In this document: in pieces, positions 61,907-64,000 of the stretch
Position numbering within the stretch: position 1 is the stretch's first letter
Layout: every line of letters starts with the position of its first letter
Assembly: GCA_963749705.1 (NCBI GenBank)
Contig: CAVVNQ010000002.1
Location: 237,176 to 301,175 of the forward strand
DNA length: 64,000 nucleotides
Reading direction: 5' to 3'
DNA from: an uncultured Chloroflexia bacterium
GTDB lineage: Bacteria; Chloroflexota; Limnocylindria; Limnocylindrales; CSP1-4
Notes under the pieces: model-generated
The model's database searches: none
The model's input: the letters and a program-made list of their open reading frames with translations, nothing else
What the model was told of the DNA's origin: nothing
Made by a program: the position numbers and the translations under genes

Positions 61907-62075
61907 AGGGTCATCAGTCCTGCTATCGGTGAAATGTATCGTCGGGGATCGCTGCCGTCGCAGAAGAAGGCGCCGGCAGACGCTGGATTCGGCGAAGGAA
62001 GACGCCGCGCACAGGCTCGTCTATGTTTTCCAAACGTAGCACCCAAGGGGACCTCTGGATCGAGCACGATGACTA

Positions 62076-62702
62076 CTACAGTTCTCCGCCGTCCGACCAT
62101 CGACACTCTCGGCAGCGGGCGCCCGCATACTCGTCGCCACGCTGAAAGTCTGTGTCATGCCATCCCTCAATTGACGCCAGGCCAGCGCCGCAGTTGGGGC
62201 ATCCGACGATTGCGCCATAACCGGGGAAGTAGCCTACGTCAATGCCGGCGTATTCAAGGGTCGCCTGAATCGCCATTAGCCACTCGCGCTCGCCGGCAAG
62301 CCCCAGAATTTCTGCCGCGACCTGGGAATCGGGAAGGTCCCCGCGCAAGTACCGAAGGTCGGCCAGCAACGCCGGGAATTCCGTTTCGTCCAGGAGAACG
62401 GGAATGACGCGGAGGCTCCCGTCTTTGATTCCTCTTGCGAGGGCTGCTGCCAGCTCGCGCCCGACCCACTTCGACCGAGCCGCGTCTTCGGACCAGATCA
62501 GAACGAATGTGTCGAACGCCGCTAGGCCCTCGTTGATTTTCGCAGTTAGTGAGTCCCCAGCACGGATCTCCCATTCGTCGAACCAGACCTCTGCGCCTGC
62601 GAGCGCTAGCTGCGACCCGAGGCGGCGCGCGAAGGGCTTGTCAGCAGCGTTGTGCGACAAGAACACTTTCGACGCCTGCCGCCCCTCCGACGCGCCAGTC
62701 AT
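62076..62702 (-). CDS. TIR domain protein with C-terminal C4 zinc ribbon
   Basis: KVFLSHNAADK, VWFDEWEIRAGDSL, SKWVGREL (catalytic Glu position), VIPVLL, then CPNC...CREC. Confidence 0.9.
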   Translation of the reverse strand: MTGASEGRQASKVFLSHNAADKPFARRLGSQLALAGAEVWFDEWEIRAGDSLTAKINEGLAAFDTFVLIWSEDAARSKWVGRELAAALARGIKDGSLRVIPVLLDETEFPALLADLRYLRGDLPDSQVAAEILGLAGEREWLMAIQATLEYAGIDVGYFPGYGAIVGCPNCGAGLASIEGWHDTDFQRGDEYAGARCRECRWSDGGEL

Positions 62703-63853
62703 TGGCGATGATCGACGTTCACGGACACGATGAGCGCCACCTTCAGGGCGCTGCCGGACCCGCACGCCGGGTCCTTGTCGCGCGGCGTCGCCTTCGTCAG
62801 CTTGTGGCCGGAAAGGAGGAGCTCGGTCACCCGCGTCTGCATCGCCACGAACTCGCGGCGGAGCGGGCGCAGGATCACGGGCTCGACAAGCTTCCAGATG
62901 GCGTCGCGGTCCGTGTAGTGGGCGCCCAGCTGGGCGCGCTGGTCAGGGTCGAGGCCACGCTCGAACAGGGTGCCGAAGATCGCGGGTTCGATGAGCGCCC
63001 AGTTGAGCCGGCTGACCTCGAGCAGGGTCGAGATCTCGGAGCCGGTGAGCGGGAGGACTTCGCCGGTGTCGAACAGGCCGCCGTTGAACCAGTCGATCTC
63101 CTCGGTCCCGGACAGGCCGCCGTCGTTGGCCATCTTCGCGAACAGCTCGCCAAGCGCGGTGCTGAACACGTCGCTGCGGCCCCTCGATGCCTCGCTGAGG
63201 CGCATGAAGATGCCCTTGGGCAGCAGGCCCGCATCCTCGGCGAACAGGCAGAACAGGATGCGGTCCAGGAAGTGGGCGACCTTGTCCGGGTCGTGGCCTC
63301 GATTGCGGAGGCTCTGCGCGATCTCGGCGAAGTGGCCGGCGGCCTTCTCGGTGATCTGGGCCGGCCGGAGCCTGGGCCGGAGCTCCTCGGGCGCCGTGAA
63401 CACGTCGCGCAGCGTCTGAAGCGCTGTCGAGGGATCGTCGGCCGCCAGGTCGTCGAGCGTGATCGTCGTCAGGACCGGGCTCAGGCCGGTGAAGTTGGTC
63501 CGGATCTCGATGCTGTCGAGGTCGCTCACGATGAGCAGGGGCGGGTTGCCCAGGTCGTCCTTGTAGTTGAGGAGCTGGAGGTACGCCGCCTTCAGGTCCT
63601 TCTTGTGGCCCTTGTACTCCCAGGCGAAGAAGCCGCGCTTCCAGACGTCGGCGAAGCCGTCCCCTCCGCCGGCTTTCTCGACCCGGCGCTCGAAGGCGTA
63701 CTGCTCGCCGGTGGGGTCGGCTTCGTGGGGCGTGGGCTCCCCCACCATCCGGCACAGATCGATGAAGTGCTCCTGGGCCGCGGCCTTCTCGGTCGTGGTG
63801 GAGCCGCGCCACTTCAGCGCGAAGGCGGCTGGGGTCAGGGTCGGGGCGCTCAC
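62699..63853 (-). pseudogene. MmeI-like (type IIG/IIL) restriction-modification enzyme, truncated after MTase motif I
   Basis: EKAAAQEHFIDLC, GFADVWKRGFFAWEYKG nuclease, FCLFAED, FNGGLF, IFGTLFE, LGAHYT, DPACGSG, then an abrupt stop with no NPPF/Y motif or TRD. Confidence 0.8.
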
Positions 63854-63999
63854 GACGGTGAGGGCGTGACGGTGAATGGATGCATGGTGCCAACTATCAG
63901 GGTTGCGACCTGCGCCATCGTGCCCGAAGCGAGGAACCAGTAGAAGGCGCCCGCGAGCAGGATCACGCCGGCGACCTGGACCATGAAGCCTTGCGCGCC
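63850..63999 (-). CDS. 3' end of a membrane protein gene (starts beyond the window)
   Basis: Open frame GAQGFMVQVAGVILLAGAFYWFLASG...TPSPS*; its TGA overlaps the GTG of the MmeI-like gene. Confidence 0.55.
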   Translation of the reverse strand, partial: GAQGFMVQVAGVILLAGAFYWFLASGTMAQVATLIVGTMHPFTVTPSPS

Positions 64000-64000
64000 C

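Larger units (their letters stand above)
58630..62750. mobile_element. Lower-GC defence island bounded on the left by the dif-like site
   Basis: There is a clear rise in A/T-ending codons from about 58600 to about 62750. The region carries MTase, GHKL-nuclease and TIR genes. No integrase lies within the window. Confidence 0.6.

Noticed and set aside
62076-62702. Thoeris, CBASS or Pycsar system
   Set aside because: No ThsA (SIR2/Macro/SLOG), cyclase or other canonical partner lies in the window.
63850-63885. Leaderless 11-codon uORF in front of the MmeI-like gene
   Set aside because: The frame stays open to the window edge and encodes a TM segment, so it is the C-terminus of an upstream gene.

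Overview
This is a high-GC bacterial chromosomal window. Gene order and protein signatures suggest Chloroflexota, possibly Limnocylindria-like; that assignment is an inference from recall, not a database result. About 1-52 kb is mostly core genome: tRNA-Val(GAC), T-box-thrS-infC-rpmI-rplT-pheST, mpg-mutS2, a class A PBP, tyrS, a complete his cluster with a TrpR/YerC-like regulator and divergent hisA, an EF-G paralogue, yebC-ruvCA/ruvB-tgt, recA-recX-rny-ymdB-PHP-miaB-miaA, an orphan BcsA-like synthase and hflX. At 52.8-58.6 kb lie a promoter-driven candidate ~86-nt rod-shaped sRNA behind two DnaA-box-like 9-mers and a surface-glycan modification module (LtaS/sulfatase-like membrane enzyme, NoeA-like kinase-methyltransferase, AYIDxGTGS peptide, GT-C glycosyltransferase). 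A dif-like XerC/XerD site at 58630-58657 marks the edge of a visibly lower-GC defence island. The island carries a C5 DNA methyltransferase, a GHKL/MORC ATPase fused to a PD-(D/E)XK nuclease, and a TIR-zinc-ribbon protein that overlaps a truncated MmeI-like gene. Other notable non-coding signals are a helically phased YTGATG-N9-CRTCAR palindrome array upstream of rny, a candidate HisR operator, a LexA-like box at ruvB and several leaderless-type promoters. At least eight single-base frameshifts in otherwise intact genes look like sequencing or assembly indels. All coordinates were counted by eye.
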